From an uncultured cyanobacterium (GTDB lineage Bacteria; Cyanobacteriota; Cyanobacteriia; Cyanobacteriales; CAWCAG01), in contig CAWCAG010000009.1 of assembly GCA_963793425.1 (NCBI GenBank), positions 128,001-192,000 of the forward strand: a DNA stretch of 64,000 nt, read 5' to 3'. Positions 11,468-21,661 of the stretch are shown one piece after another (the stretch's first letter is position 1; every line of letters starts with the position of its first letter). The notes below the pieces were generated by a model that made no database searches, was not told where the DNA came from, and was given only the letters and a program-made list of their open reading frames with translations. The position numbers were made by a program, and so were the translations under genes.

Positions 11468-11576
11468 GTAGGGTGGGCAAAAAAGAATCTGTTTGTTGAT
11501 TAAACTAGTGTGAAAAATTTGCCCACCATTCCCCAGGATTATGGTGGGCTTTGATTGCTCATCTTGCCCACCCTAC
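11468..11576. repeat. GTAG-family REP cluster (REPIN/BIME-like)
   Basis: Terminal inverted repeat GTAGGGTGGGCAA...TTGCCCACCCTAC with internal TTTGCCCACC / GGTGGGC arms. Confidence 0.8.
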
Positions 11577-11661
11577 CTTAATTTTAGAGGTTTGGGGATT
11601 TTAGATCAAATGGGGAAAATGATGCTATGAATGAGTATAGAGGATAGCAATTATTTTGTGG

Positions 11662-11775
11662 CAGGTTAGATTTTTACCGTCCCTTATATAAATTAGGAAA
11701 GCTCCCAGCCCCGCTCCGACAAAATATTTTTTTTAGTTTGAGATTGATTTTTCTCTAATGGAATAATTATAACAT
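11662..11775. repeat. Dispersed non-coding repeat, copy 1
   Basis: Core TTAGGAAAGCTCCCAGCCCCGCTCCGACAAAATATTTTTTT matches 53720-53760 with 2 substitutions. Confidence 0.75.
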
Positions 11776-11864
11776 ATATCGCTAACTATATGTAGTAAAT
11801 ATTGAGGAATTTCAGATTACTTTAGAATAGAAGTATTATCTTTTATTTTCCTATCCTCTGGTAG

Positions 11865-12599
11865 ATGCTAACTAAAATTTGGCAGTGGCTAAAAAAACTC
11901 TTCCGTAGTTTGTTTCCCCAGCAAGTTGCGACACCAGCGACGGAGAAACCTACTCCTCAGTTTAGTGATGCGGATTACGAACAGTTCTTTTTTGCCCTTT
12001 TGGATGGTGTAGTAGATGAAGGTTGGAGTCAGGGTAGTGTCAAGGGTTTTTTCTTTGCTAAAAAGCTTACGGTTGCGGAGTTAGCTTTGTGGTTACGGCG
12101 GTTTGGTGAGAGGTTGCAGGAGGCTGAGGTTGAACAAAAAGAGTTGAGGAAGCGATTGGTTAGGTTTGGGGAGGCGGGTAGGAGGATTGCTTTTTTGCGG
12201 GAGTTGGTGGAGGTTGTGGGGGAGATTGTTGGGGATGGGGAAGAAGTTGCAATTACAGAATTAAATTCTTCTGCAACTGAGGAAACTAGCGTTATTTCAG
12301 AAGTAGAGTATGATTCTCAGGCAGTAGAGTTATTGAATCAAGGGGTTGAGAAATACCAAGCAGGAGATTACCCCGCAGCAATTCAGCTTTGGACTCAAGC
12401 CATCGAAATAAAACCGGATGACTACCAAGCTTACTATAATCGCGGTGTTACCTTGAGGGAATTAGGCAGAAACGAAGAAGCGATCGCTGATCACACCAAA
12501 GCTATATTCCCCACCGCGACTTACATTTGTTGCCTCTCCATGCTTTATTCCCGACAAGCTATACTTTTTCTTATCTTCCTAGCATTAAACAGGGATTAA
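11865..12599 (+). pseudogene. Truncated TPR-repeat protein
   Basis: Cyanobacterial-type N-terminus (MLTKIWQWLKKLF, DADYEQFFFALLDGV), about 2 TPRs, then an abrupt switch to non-TPR sequence after HTKAI (~12506). Confidence 0.65.
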
Positions 12600-12850
12600 A
12601 TAAAGAAACGCAGCAAGGAGCAGAGTTAACCAATACGAAGAAACGTTTAGAACATTTAATTGAATCTGTGGGTGTTGGTTTAGGTGGTGCGGCCATTGTT
12701 TCTGCTGCTGTACAAAATCCTGTAGAAGAGATAATTAAAAATCCAGAATACCCCTTAAGAGAAGCAGGTTGGCAGATAGTTTTTATTGTTGTTGTTAGCG
12801 CCTTTTTCGGCTACTTGTTTGGTTTGTTGACGTGGTTATATAAAAAGTAA
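12527..12850 (+). pseudogene. C-terminal remnant of a two-TM membrane protein fused behind the TPR fragment
   Basis: Two hydrophobic segments (VGVGLGGAAIVSAA, IVFIVVVSAFFGYLFGLL), no convincing start, overlaps the TPR tail. Confidence 0.4.
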
Positions 12851-12908
12851 TCACATAAGTCCAGTTAAATTGCTAAAATACTCTAATATCACAGACTAGT
12901 TATCGTAA

Positions 12909-14034
12909 ATGATAGACATCTCAGAACTTAAACGAGAATTAGAAAGCACTTCTGAGCGCCTGGGTAAGACTCAGGAGTATCTTTGACTTAGCTGCTTTAC
13001 AAGCTAAAATTAAAGACTTGGAACAATTAGCGGCACAACCGGATTTTTGGGATGAACAAACAAAGGCACAAGAAACCTTACAGGAGTTGAATGACCTTAA
13101 ATCTGGTCTGGAACAGTATCAGAAATGGCAAAGTACCTGGGAAGATGCCGAAGCGATCGCAGAATTATTAGAGTTAGAAGCCGATGAAAGTTTGCTCAAA
13201 GAGGCTCTAAACTCCCTGAATAAGATTAACCAAGAATTAGACCGTTGGGAACTGCAACAACTCTTATCGGCCCCCTATGACGCTCAGGGCGCGGTTTTGA
13301 CCATTAATGCTGGGGCTGGGGGAACAGATGCTCAAGATTGGGCTGAGATGTTGTTGCGGATGTATACTCGTTGGGCAGAAAAACAGGGTTACAAAGTTAC
13401 TTTAGCAGAACAGTCTGATGGGGAGGAAGCAGGGATTAAATCAGCTACTTTAGAAATTAGTGGCCGTTACGGCTATGGTTATTTAAAAGCAGAAAAAGGT
13501 ACTCATCGCTTGGTAAGAATTTCTCCTTTTAATGCTAATGGCAAGCGTCAAACTAGCTTTGCTGGGGTAGAAGTGATGCCAAGTTTAGATAATAAGGCCA
13601 TTGAGTTAGAAATCCCGGAAAAAGATTTAGATGTAAATACTTCCCGTGCCGGAGGTAAAGGGGGGCAAAACGTTAACAAAGTAGAAACAGCAGTACGCAT
13701 AACTCACATTCCTACAGGGCTTGCTGTACGCTGTACTCAAGAACGTTCTCAATTACAAAATAAGGAAAAAGCCCTTGCTTTATTGAAAGCTAAGTTATTA
13801 GTTATTGCCCAAGAACAAAGGGCGCAAAAGATTGCTGAAATTCGTGGGGATATAGTAGAAGCAGCTTGGGGAAATCAAATTCGTAATTATGTTTTCCACC
13901 CCTACCAAATGGTAAAAGACCTTCGTACTAGTGTAGAAACTACTGCGATAGATGCGGTTATGGATGGGGATATTGATGCTTTTATTGAAGCTTATTTACG
14001 CAAAGAGAATCAGTTAGGAAACATTGAACATTAA
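12909..14034 (+). CDS. prfB: Peptide chain release factor 2 with +1 programmed ribosomal frameshift (join 12909-12983, 12985-14034)
   Basis: ATG at 12909 reads [25 protein letters not shown] into CTT TGA C. The +1 frame continues [12 protein letters not shown] into the tracked ORF, which has SPF and GGQ motifs. Confidence 0.97.
12973..12987 (+). promoter_or_regulatory. prfB frameshift cassette (internal SD plus slippery stop)
   Basis: AGGAG-TAT-CTT-TGA-C, matching the canonical RF2 autoregulatory signal. Confidence 0.95.
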
Positions 14035-14084
14035 ACATTAAACATTTGTCTTGGTTGATTTTTGCCTCGTAAACTTATTACTTA

Positions 14085-16661
14085 TTACTTAGTGGTCATC
14101 GTATGAACACCATCCCAATCTTTTGCTGGGGGTTCATTGAGATAGTTGTAGGTTCTTTCTAAATGGATTTGGACTGCTTGATCTTTGGGGTTTAGTTTAT
14201 GTGCTTCTTGAAATAAAGATAATGCTGTTTGGAAGTCGGAGTTTACATAAGCGTTGCGCCCTTGCTTATAAAGATATAAAAACTTGTCTAATTCTTCGCT
14301 GATCGGTTCTTCTTTGATACCAATCAATTCATAAATATTAACTGCTTTATTTTTACCTTTAACGCGGATTTTATCAATTTCTCGTGCTGTAATGCGATCG
14401 CGACATAATTGATAAGTAGATTCGCTCAAAATAATATCACAACCATATTTTTTAGTTAAACTTTCTAAGCGGGAACTTAAATTTACTCCATCCCCAATTA
14501 CGGTGTAATCCATACGTTTCTTTGAGCCAATGTTACCAGAAACCACTTCCCCGGAACTAATACCAATGCCAAAGTTGATGGGAACATCTACTCCTAAAAT
14601 GTTTTGTTTGTTGAATTGGGCTAGGCGTTTACGCATATCTAAAGCAGATTGAACACACATCCAAGCATGGTTTTCTTTCATGGGTAGTGGGGCCCCAAAA
14701 ACAGCCATTAAAGCATCACCAATAAACTTGTCTAATGTGCCTTCAAAGTTGAAAACAGCCTCCACCATGGTTTCAAAGTATTGATTTAACAGGGAGACAA
14801 CCTCTGTGGCTTCCAGGTTTTCGGTAATGGTAGTATAGCCTCGAATATCAGAAAATAAGATGGTTACTTCTTTACGATCTCCTACCATCAAAGCATCATC
14901 CCGCAAGGCCATAACTTGTTCGGCTACCCCAGGGTGCATATAACGGTATAAGGTTGATTTAATCCGCTTTTCACTACTAATATCCTCTAACACCACTAAC
15001 CCACCTCGTACCTCTCCCTGGGGGTTTGTTAAGGGATTAACGGTGAGGTTGACACTTCGTTCAATGGGTTGAACTTGTTTAGCAGATAAATAAGGAATGG
15101 ATTGAGTCTCCCAAGGGGTTTCGTTCCAAGGTAAATAAACATCGGGCATATTTGCTTGGGGAATAGCAAGAAGATGGGTGTCAACTTCTCCTTCTCCCCC
15201 AGTTTCTTTGCGGCTAATACATAAACCCACTTTTAAGCTTTGTTCGGGGACGTAATGCTTTGCAGCCGCTTTCAAGCTATCGGTTAAGCGCAATTCCAGA
15301 TTTTCGATGGGAACAATTTCCCAAACCAAGCGCCCAGTTAATTTATATTCCCATAACTGCCTGGTGCTTTTGGTTTGTAGATGTTCTGTTGGGTAGCCGA
15401 GTAGTTGCAAAGCTGCATCGTTGATGGTAACAATTTTTCCTTGCAAATCTGTAGAGATGACCGCATCAGAAAGACTTTGCAGAATATCTTTTTGGTACTG
15501 TTGTTGAGTGAGGACATTTTCAAACAGTTTGGCATTTTCCAAAGCCATACCTGCTTGAATATTAAATGCTTGCATGAATTTTTCATCGGAACTAGTAAAG
15601 CTACCTTGTTCTTTATTAATTAGCTGCGTAACACCAATTAATTCTCCACCGGAGTTGAAAACTGGCATACAAAGAATATTGCGAGTATAGTAGCCAGTAC
15701 GCTTATCTGTTGCGGGGTCGAAGCGAGGATCTTTATAGGCATCAGGAATATTTAAAGCTTCTCCAGTAGAAGCGACATAACCAGCAATGCCTCTGTTGCT
15801 AGGAATACGAATTTCCACCATTGTTTTACCATCTGCTTTAGCTACTTTGCTCCAAAGTTCGTTAGTTTCTTTGCTTAATAAAAACAGAGTACTCCGATCT
15901 GCTTGCATTAAACGGCGGGCTTGTTCCATCACTGATTGGAGAGTCGCTTCAAGGTCAAGACTTTGACCTAAACAAGAAGTCGCTTGCAATAAAGCAGATG
16001 CCCCACGCTGGTTTCTGGCAGCTAAGTAAAAAGATTGGCAAGTTTCTAAAATAATACCAATAGAAGAAGCTAATTCACAAAATCTCTGTTCGTCTTCTTC
16101 ATCAAAAGGAGAGCCGTTTTTTTTGTTAAGTAACTGTACCACAGCAACAACATTCTCGTCGCTATTTAAGATTGGCATACACAGCAAACTTTTGGTACGA
16201 TAACCGGGGCGTTCATCAATTTCTTGATTAAAAAGATGATGGCTATAAGCATCAACAAGATTGAGACTTTTTCCTGTAGCGGCAACTTGCCCAGCTATGC
16301 CAACATTAAGGGGAATTCTGACTTCTTGGGTTTTCCCCATGTCACTTTGAGTTACTTTTGACCAAAGTTGATTTTTGTCATCATCAACTAAAAAAATTGT
16401 TGTCCTATCTGCTTCTAAGATTTGACCAATTTTGAGGGTAAAAGCATCCATGATCTCCTCTAGCATAGTTTCTAGGGCATCATGATTGATCATTTCAATA
16501 GCCCGGAGAAACTGTTGAAACTCCGCAGTTATGAAGTCTAATAAACAGACAAATTCACCAATAGAAAGGTCTTGAACCCGATCAGCTAAGCCATTAGTTC
16601 GATTTAGCTGAGTTAACTGGGTTAGGGTGGCTAAAATGCTACCGGAGTTGGAAAGACTCAT
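14085..16661 (-). CDS. cyaB: Class III adenylate cyclase, GAF-GAF-PAS-catalytic (CyaB-type)
   Basis: Two GAF domains with NK...F...DE motifs, a PAS region, FSDIRGYT, DKFIGDALM and DYTVIGDGVNLSSRLES. Confidence 0.9.
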   Translation of the reverse strand: MSLSNSGSILATLTQLTQLNRTNGLADRVQDLSIGEFVCLLDFITAEFQQFLRAIEMINHDALETMLEEIMDAFTLKIGQILEADRTTIFLVDDDKNQLWSKVTQSDMGKTQEVRIPLNVGIAGQVAATGKSLNLVDAYSHHLFNQEIDERPGYRTKSLLCMPILNSDENVVAVVQLLNKKNGSPFDEEDEQRFCELASSIGIILETCQSFYLAARNQRGASALLQATSCLGQSLDLEATLQSVMEQARRLMQADRSTLFLLSKETNELWSKVAKADGKTMVEIRIPSNRGIAGYVASTGEALNIPDAYKDPRFDPATDKRTGYYTRNILCMPVFNSGGELIGVTQLINKEQGSFTSSDEKFMQAFNIQAGMALENAKLFENVLTQQQYQKDILQSLSDAVISTDLQGKIVTINDAALQLLGYPTEHLQTKSTRQLWEYKLTGRLVWEIVPIENLELRLTDSLKAAAKHYVPEQSLKVGLCISRKETGGEGEVDTHLLAIPQANMPDVYLPWNETPWETQSIPYLSAKQVQPIERSVNLTVNPLTNPQGEVRGGLVVLEDISSEKRIKSTLYRYMHPGVAEQVMALRDDALMVGDRKEVTILFSDIRGYTTITENLEATEVVSLLNQYFETMVEAVFNFEGTLDKFIGDALMAVFGAPLPMKENHAWMCVQSALDMRKRLAQFNKQNILGVDVPINFGIGISSGEVVSGNIGSKKRMDYTVIGDGVNLSSRLESLTKKYGCDIILSESTYQLCRDRITAREIDKIRVKGKNKAVNIYELIGIKEEPISEELDKFLYLYKQGRNAYVNSDFQTALSLFQEAHKLNPKDQAVQIHLERTYNYLNEPPAKDWDGVHTMTTK

Positions 16662-17127
16662 ATTGGTGACGAATAAAAAGCTTGGTTGATAAAGTAAAAA
16701 TTAATCAAGAAATTTCCAGCAATTAATCTCAGTCAGCAAAATGAGCAGAAAGCAAAATAAAGCTCAGTTATTACTGTTATAGCTTAATTGTTGGTGAATC
16801 CAATCTAGTTCTGTCTTCCGTACTAGGAAAGACTAACTTCTTTTCTGGTAGCAACCTGGTAAGAGAAAAGGCCTGGTTTTAGGGAGCAGATGCTGAGGAT
16901 ATTATGGGAATGATAGTAATCGATGATGCCGGAGATGCAGCTCCCATAATATCAAAAATTCTTTTTTTGGGACTTAACTTTGTTAGTAAACTAACATTAT
17001 CTTCACAAGTCTACAATTTATTCTGTATGAACGGTAACAGTATAAATGCTCAAAAAGTAAGCAGGAGTTTCTCTTTTCTGCTTAACGTTGTCTTTATTTA
17101 CTCTGCTTTTTGCAGCCCCGTTGAAAA

Positions 17128-17790
17128 TTAAAATGCTCGATTAGTTAAATAAGCTATTTCCGCCTCTATATTTTTCCTTGCTTGAGCTTCAAATTTATCA
17201 CACCAATAATCAGTAAAATAAATTCTGTCTCTGTCTAGAAAAATCTGTAAAATTTCCTGTCTCTTCTTTCTATATTCTTCAATTGGAACCCAAGCATATT
17301 CTTGGCGCACTTTTTGTAGATAACTTTGGTAAATAACGGGTGCTGTACCAAAAATAGCTAAATCCGCATCAAGAAGAATATATTGGTCAATGTCACCTGT
17401 TTGGGGCCAATGTTTTTTAGTAATTAAAATCAGTTCCCTAACGGTTTTTATTAAAGATATAGGCAGTTTCAATTTTCCTAAACAAACTTCTGCTTCAGCA
17501 GCACTTTTTTCTTCATTGTTTTGGTTTGTAGAATCATAAACAAAATCATGAAACCAAGCGGCTAAAAGTAAAGCTGTTGTATTTCGGCTCAAAAAACTCA
17601 TCTCTTCTATAACCCTCAAAACCTGCTCAAGATGCTCAAGATTATGATAAAACCGATGAGGAGCAGCATAAGCCCGGAGTAAACCAAGAAAAACTGGCTC
17701 AGTGGCTTCAGGTTTACTTACTAATGGGATTAAAGTCTTCTTCCAGTAATCTTTAAGATTAGCAATAGAGTTAAGATCATTATTCATCAA
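17128..17790 (-). CDS. HD-superfamily metal-dependent phosphohydrolase
   Basis: HRFYHNLEH, WFHDFVYD, NEEKSA, LLDADLAI and VRQEY. Confidence 0.85.
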   Translation of the reverse strand: MMNNDLNSIANLKDYWKKTLIPLVSKPEATEPVFLGLLRAYAAPHRFYHNLEHLEQVLRVIEEMSFLSRNTTALLLAAWFHDFVYDSTNQNNEEKSAAEAEVCLGKLKLPISLIKTVRELILITKKHWPQTGDIDQYILLDADLAIFGTAPVIYQSYLQKVRQEYAWVPIEEYRKKRQEILQIFLDRDRIYFTDYWCDKFEAQARKNIEAEIAYLTNRAF

Positions 17791-17814
17791 GAAAGCATCT
17801 CTGGAAGCTAGGTT

Positions 17815-19626
17815 ATGGGTTCTTTTTTAATAGAAGCGATCGCAACTGTTTTTCTTCATAGGAAAGGAAGATTTTGTCGCAAAAAAATTTCCTTTGGGAT
17901 TGCTTTCTTATGCAGTATTTTACTCGCTTTTACTCCCATCCTAACTACTACGGGACAGTCACCATCTCCTGTATCCGAGTCTCCCCTGCCAGAAGACATC
18001 GGTACAGACCCCCGCATTACCACTTATGAGATGGGCAATATCACTTATGCGCCTGTCTATTTAGATGGATACGAACTATTTTCTGTTGCTTCTGCTGCCG
18101 GGAATGAACAGGGTGAATATGGCAGTTTACCAGCGATTGAGATCCGTGTACAGCGTATTGAAAATGCCTTAAAGTTCATTGTGGAGTCAGGTTTTAATCC
18201 AAAAACCTTACAAGTATATCCAGGAACCCTCAACGGCGAAACTGTGATTCTGGTTTCTGATGGTCAGAAATTAGCAGAAAGAGTAGTAGGAACAATAACG
18301 GAGTTAGATGCCCAACTTTATGGGCAGCCTATTTCAGATTTAGCCAAAGAGAGTAGCACCATTATCCGCAAAGCTTTACTTAAAGCGCAAGCAGAAAGGC
18401 GCTCAGAATTTTGGCAGCGGCAAGCTTTAGTGGCAGGGGGAATCTTTTTAGGTACAACCTCAATTAGTTTAATACTATTTTTGTTCTATAAACGAGTTGT
18501 TAAAGAAGGAAAAAAACTACACCAACAATTCCTCGTTTTAGAACAACTTAGTTCAAGCCCAGACTTACTTCATAGCCCTACTACCAGACTCAGCGAACCT
18601 GCCCCGATCAAGTTTCTTAATCGCAAGTTACAACAGCTTAGCAAAGAGCGACAACTGCAAATTAATTTACTGCTGCGGAGACTCTTATTTTTGGGACAAT
18701 TCCCTTTATGGGGAGGAGGCATTTCTGTGATCTTAACCCTCTTTCCCTACACCAGAAGATGGGGAGTTTGGTTATTAGGTAGGCCCAAATTGCTGTTAAT
18801 TGTTTTATTTGGCATTATCGTCGCTAAGAAAGCTAGTGACTTTGCCATCGACTTCCTCGTCAAATCTTGGATTGAACAAGAATCTTTAAGATCCGCTGCT
18901 TCACAACGCCAAGCCTTAAGAATGCCTACCTACTCTTTGGCACTTAAAGGACTTGCTAGTATCTTTTGGGGATGTTCGGGTATCTTCTTCTCCCTAGACC
19001 TTTTGGGAGTCCCCATTGGTCCTATTTTAGCTGGTGCAGGGATTATTGGTGTAGCCCTTTCCTTCGGTTCCCAAAACCTAGTTCAGGATGTGATTAGGGG
19101 TTGCCTAATCTTATGGGCAGATCAATTTGCAGTAGGGGATTTTATTGAAGTAGAAGAGGTGGGAGGACAGGTGGAACACATGAACCTTTTCCTCACTCAA
19201 CTACGCAGCTTAGATGGAGAATTAATCACTATACCGAATGGTTCCATCGCCATTGTACGCAACCTCTCGAAAAACTGGTCGCGGATGAGTATTGGCATTG
19301 AGGTTGCTTTCGATTCTGATACCGACAAAGTTATTCAGGTAATGAAGGAAGTTGCCGAAAAAATGTACAATGACCCAGAATGGCGAGATTACCTTTTAGA
19401 ACCTCCCCCCATATTAGGCATAGATAACCTTGCTCATACAGGAATTTTAATCAGAGCTTGGGTCAATACTGAACCATTACAACATCTTAGATGTGGTCGT
19501 GAATTCCGTCGCCGTCTCAAGTTAGCTTTTGAACAACAAGGTATTGCCATTGGCATTCCTCAACAATCTTTGTGGCTGAAAGATACTACTAAAGTTGCTG
19601 AGGATGGGAAAAGTAACGGTAGGTAA
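17815..19626 (+). CDS. Mechanosensitive ion channel (MscS family) with large extracytoplasmic N-terminal domain
   Basis: GVALSFGSQNLVQD, DQFAVGDFI, GQVEHMNL and ITIPNG; start uncertain. Confidence 0.9.
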   Translation: MGSFLIEAIATVFLHRKGRFCRKKISFGIAFLCSILLAFTPILTTTGQSPSPVSESPLPEDIGTDPRITTYEMGNITYAPVYLDGYELFSVASAAGNEQGEYGSLPAIEIRVQRIENALKFIVESGFNPKTLQVYPGTLNGETVILVSDGQKLAERVVGTITELDAQLYGQPISDLAKESSTIIRKALLKAQAERRSEFWQRQALVAGGIFLGTTSISLILFLFYKRVVKEGKKLHQQFLVLEQLSSSPDLLHSPTTRLSEPAPIKFLNRKLQQLSKERQLQINLLLRRLLFLGQFPLWGGGISVILTLFPYTRRWGVWLLGRPKLLLIVLFGIIVAKKASDFAIDFLVKSWIEQESLRSAASQRQALRMPTYSLALKGLASIFWGCSGIFFSLDLLGVPIGPILAGAGIIGVALSFGSQNLVQDVIRGCLILWADQFAVGDFIEVEEVGGQVEHMNLFLTQLRSLDGELITIPNGSIAIVRNLSKNWSRMSIGIEVAFDSDTDKVIQVMKEVAEKMYNDPEWRDYLLEPPPILGIDNLAHTGILIRAWVNTEPLQHLRCGREFRRRLKLAFEQQGIAIGIPQQSLWLKDTTKVAEDGKSNGR

Positions 19627-19726
19627 AAGTTTTTACTCTGCTTTCATCCAACGACAATAAAGATGATGATTTTTATCTCTCATCCACCGTGCCAGCAAAC
19701 GTCCTTCTTGATGTTGCGGTTTGGTA

Positions 19727-20786
19727 TTAATTTTCAGAAACCTCTACCGTATCAACATCCACAGTCAAATTTTCTAGCTTCTCCCTAACTTCTGGGTTAA
19801 GGGATTCTTGAAACCTACCGCCAAGGTACTTAGCTAAAAACCTTTCCATGGCTGCTGCCACCGCTAAACTGTTGGTTTCTCCCGAAAAACCATGACCTTC
19901 ATCTGGGGCAAAAGATACTCCACATCCTGTCCTAAGTCTCGTAGGGCAACCACAATTTGGTCAAATTCTGCTTGCTTAACTCTAGGATCATTCGCCCCTT
20001 GAATTACCATTAAAGGAGCCTTTATTTCAGAAGCAGAGAACAAGGGAGATTGTTGTTTGAGGCGTTCTACTTGTTGAGGATCTCCGGGATCTCCTACTCG
20101 TCTTTTCATTTGGTTAAAGAAACTTTCCCAATAATTTGGTTAGGGGTGTTTTCTGGTACAGCGATGATCCGGGCTTGAACGTTTTCTTCTGGTGTTAAAT
20201 CTCTCACCCCAGATGCTGTTTCTGCTAAAGGAGAGGCTGCATAAATATGAAAGTTTTCATCTCCGCCACTATCTTGGACATAGAGAATATATTCACCATT
20301 CTGACTCCAAAAATAGCCGGGAATAGAACGTTGTGTCTCTTTGGTGACAGGGCGGGCAGAGGCAAAAGGTTCATCAATACCTTTAACCCAAATATTTCTG
20401 ACTCCATCAAGAGGTTTAAGGAAAGAAATATACTTACCATCAGGAGATAGCTGCGGTGCGGAAATTTCTGGGTTGCCAAAAAATAATTCCCGGTCTATTA
20501 ATGGAGGAAGTTGATTAGAAGTCGAAGAAGGGGATTTTCCCTCTATTTCATCAAGCTTTTGTCTGATCTGTTCTAACTTCCGTTGCAATCTTTCTATTTC
20601 CGTTTCTTGAGCAATTTCTTCATTGTTTTGCTGTTCAAATCGCTCAATTTCTCCCTCAAATTGTTCCCTACCTCGTTCAAAAAAATCTGGGCGATCTGGT
20701 CTAGCTTGGGCTGGAGTAACTAAGCTTAAGCTAGTTAAGCAAAATGTTATGGCTAAAAGAGTTTTCAGTTTCATCTTACTTTTCAA
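19727..20786 (-). pseudogene. S9 (prolyl oligopeptidase / acylaminoacyl peptidase) gene with large internal deletion and a frameshift
   Basis: N-terminal part (signal peptide, PPLIDRELFFGNPE, SPDGKY) jumps at ~20130 to [18 protein letters not shown] frameshift near 19910 precedes DEGHGF, and the stop is at 19727. The GxSxG nucleophile is missing. Confidence 0.88.
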
Positions 20787-20856
20787 CCGTTAGCTTAGGA
20801 AACACTAGTTAATAAACAAGAATCGATTCTAGCGTTTTTCTTTGCTGAACAACATA

Positions 20857-20893
20857 ATTAGGGACACAATCTCAACTGGACTATGCCCCTAAT
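20857..20893. terminator. Hairpin downstream of cysC
   Basis: ATTAGGGACACA...TATGCCCCTAAT imperfect inverted repeat. Confidence 0.4.
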
Positions 20894-20900
20894 GGTTATT

Positions 20901-21431
20901 TTAAGATAAATAACCAGATTCTTTCATCTTAGTAAGAACTTTATCAACACTCTCAGACAACTCTTCTAAGTCGGTACGGCATTCTACTTCAGGATTTTTT
21001 GGTGCTTCATAAGGGTCGTCAATACCCGTAAAACCCTTAATTTCCCCAGCCCTGGCTTTTTTGTAAAGCCCTTTAACATCGCGATCTTCGCAGACATTCA
21101 AGGGGGCATTGACAAAAACTTCAAGAAAATCACCAATTTTCTGCTTCACTTCTTGGCGAATCTCTCTATAGGGAGAAATAGCAGAGACTAAAACAATTAC
21201 TCCATTGCGGGTAAGTAGGTTTGAAACAAAGCCAATTCTACGGATGTTTTCATCTCGATCTTCTTTAGAAAAACCTAACCCTTTGGTTAAATTTTGACGG
21301 ACTATATCTCCGTCCAGTATCTCTAGTTTGCATCCCATAGAACGCAGTTTTTCGGCTAAGGCTTGAGTGATGGTGGTTTTACCTGCACCGCTTAAACCAG
21401 TAAACCATAATGTGACACCACGCTGATTCAT
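20901..21431 (-). CDS. cysC: Adenylyl-sulfate kinase
   Basis: WFTGLSGAGKTT, LDGDIVR, ENIRRIG and GFTGIDDPYE. Confidence 0.96.
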   Translation of the reverse strand: MNQRGVTLWFTGLSGAGKTTITQALAEKLRSMGCKLEILDGDIVRQNLTKGLGFSKEDRDENIRRIGFVSNLLTRNGVIVLVSAISPYREIRQEVKQKIGDFLEVFVNAPLNVCEDRDVKGLYKKARAGEIKGFTGIDDPYEAPKNPEVECRTDLEELSESVDKVLTKMKESGYLS

Positions 21432-21661
21432 TTTTCTATTTCGTTCCCAAATATTAAATACTCGTCTTTGCAGTAAAACTGATCCTATATGAAAAGGTCA
21501 ATGGCTGATAGAGATTTTCTCACTATTGACTTAGATTAAGCCTGAATTGAATAATCTTCACAATATCTATAAAAACTCTTCATCGTAACTTTAAAAAATT
21601 TAACTTTAGCAATGATGTAATGAAAACAAGTAACAAGTTATAAGATAATCCAGGCATCAAT

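Noticed and set aside
11693..11780. Possible micro-ORF ending KNILSERGWELS in the dispersed repeat
   Set aside because: No ATG between the upstream stop and the core in either copy, and the frames differ upstream of the A run
16904..17131. 75-aa ORF upstream of cyaB
   Set aside because: No motifs; overlaps the inverted repeat and likely promoter region
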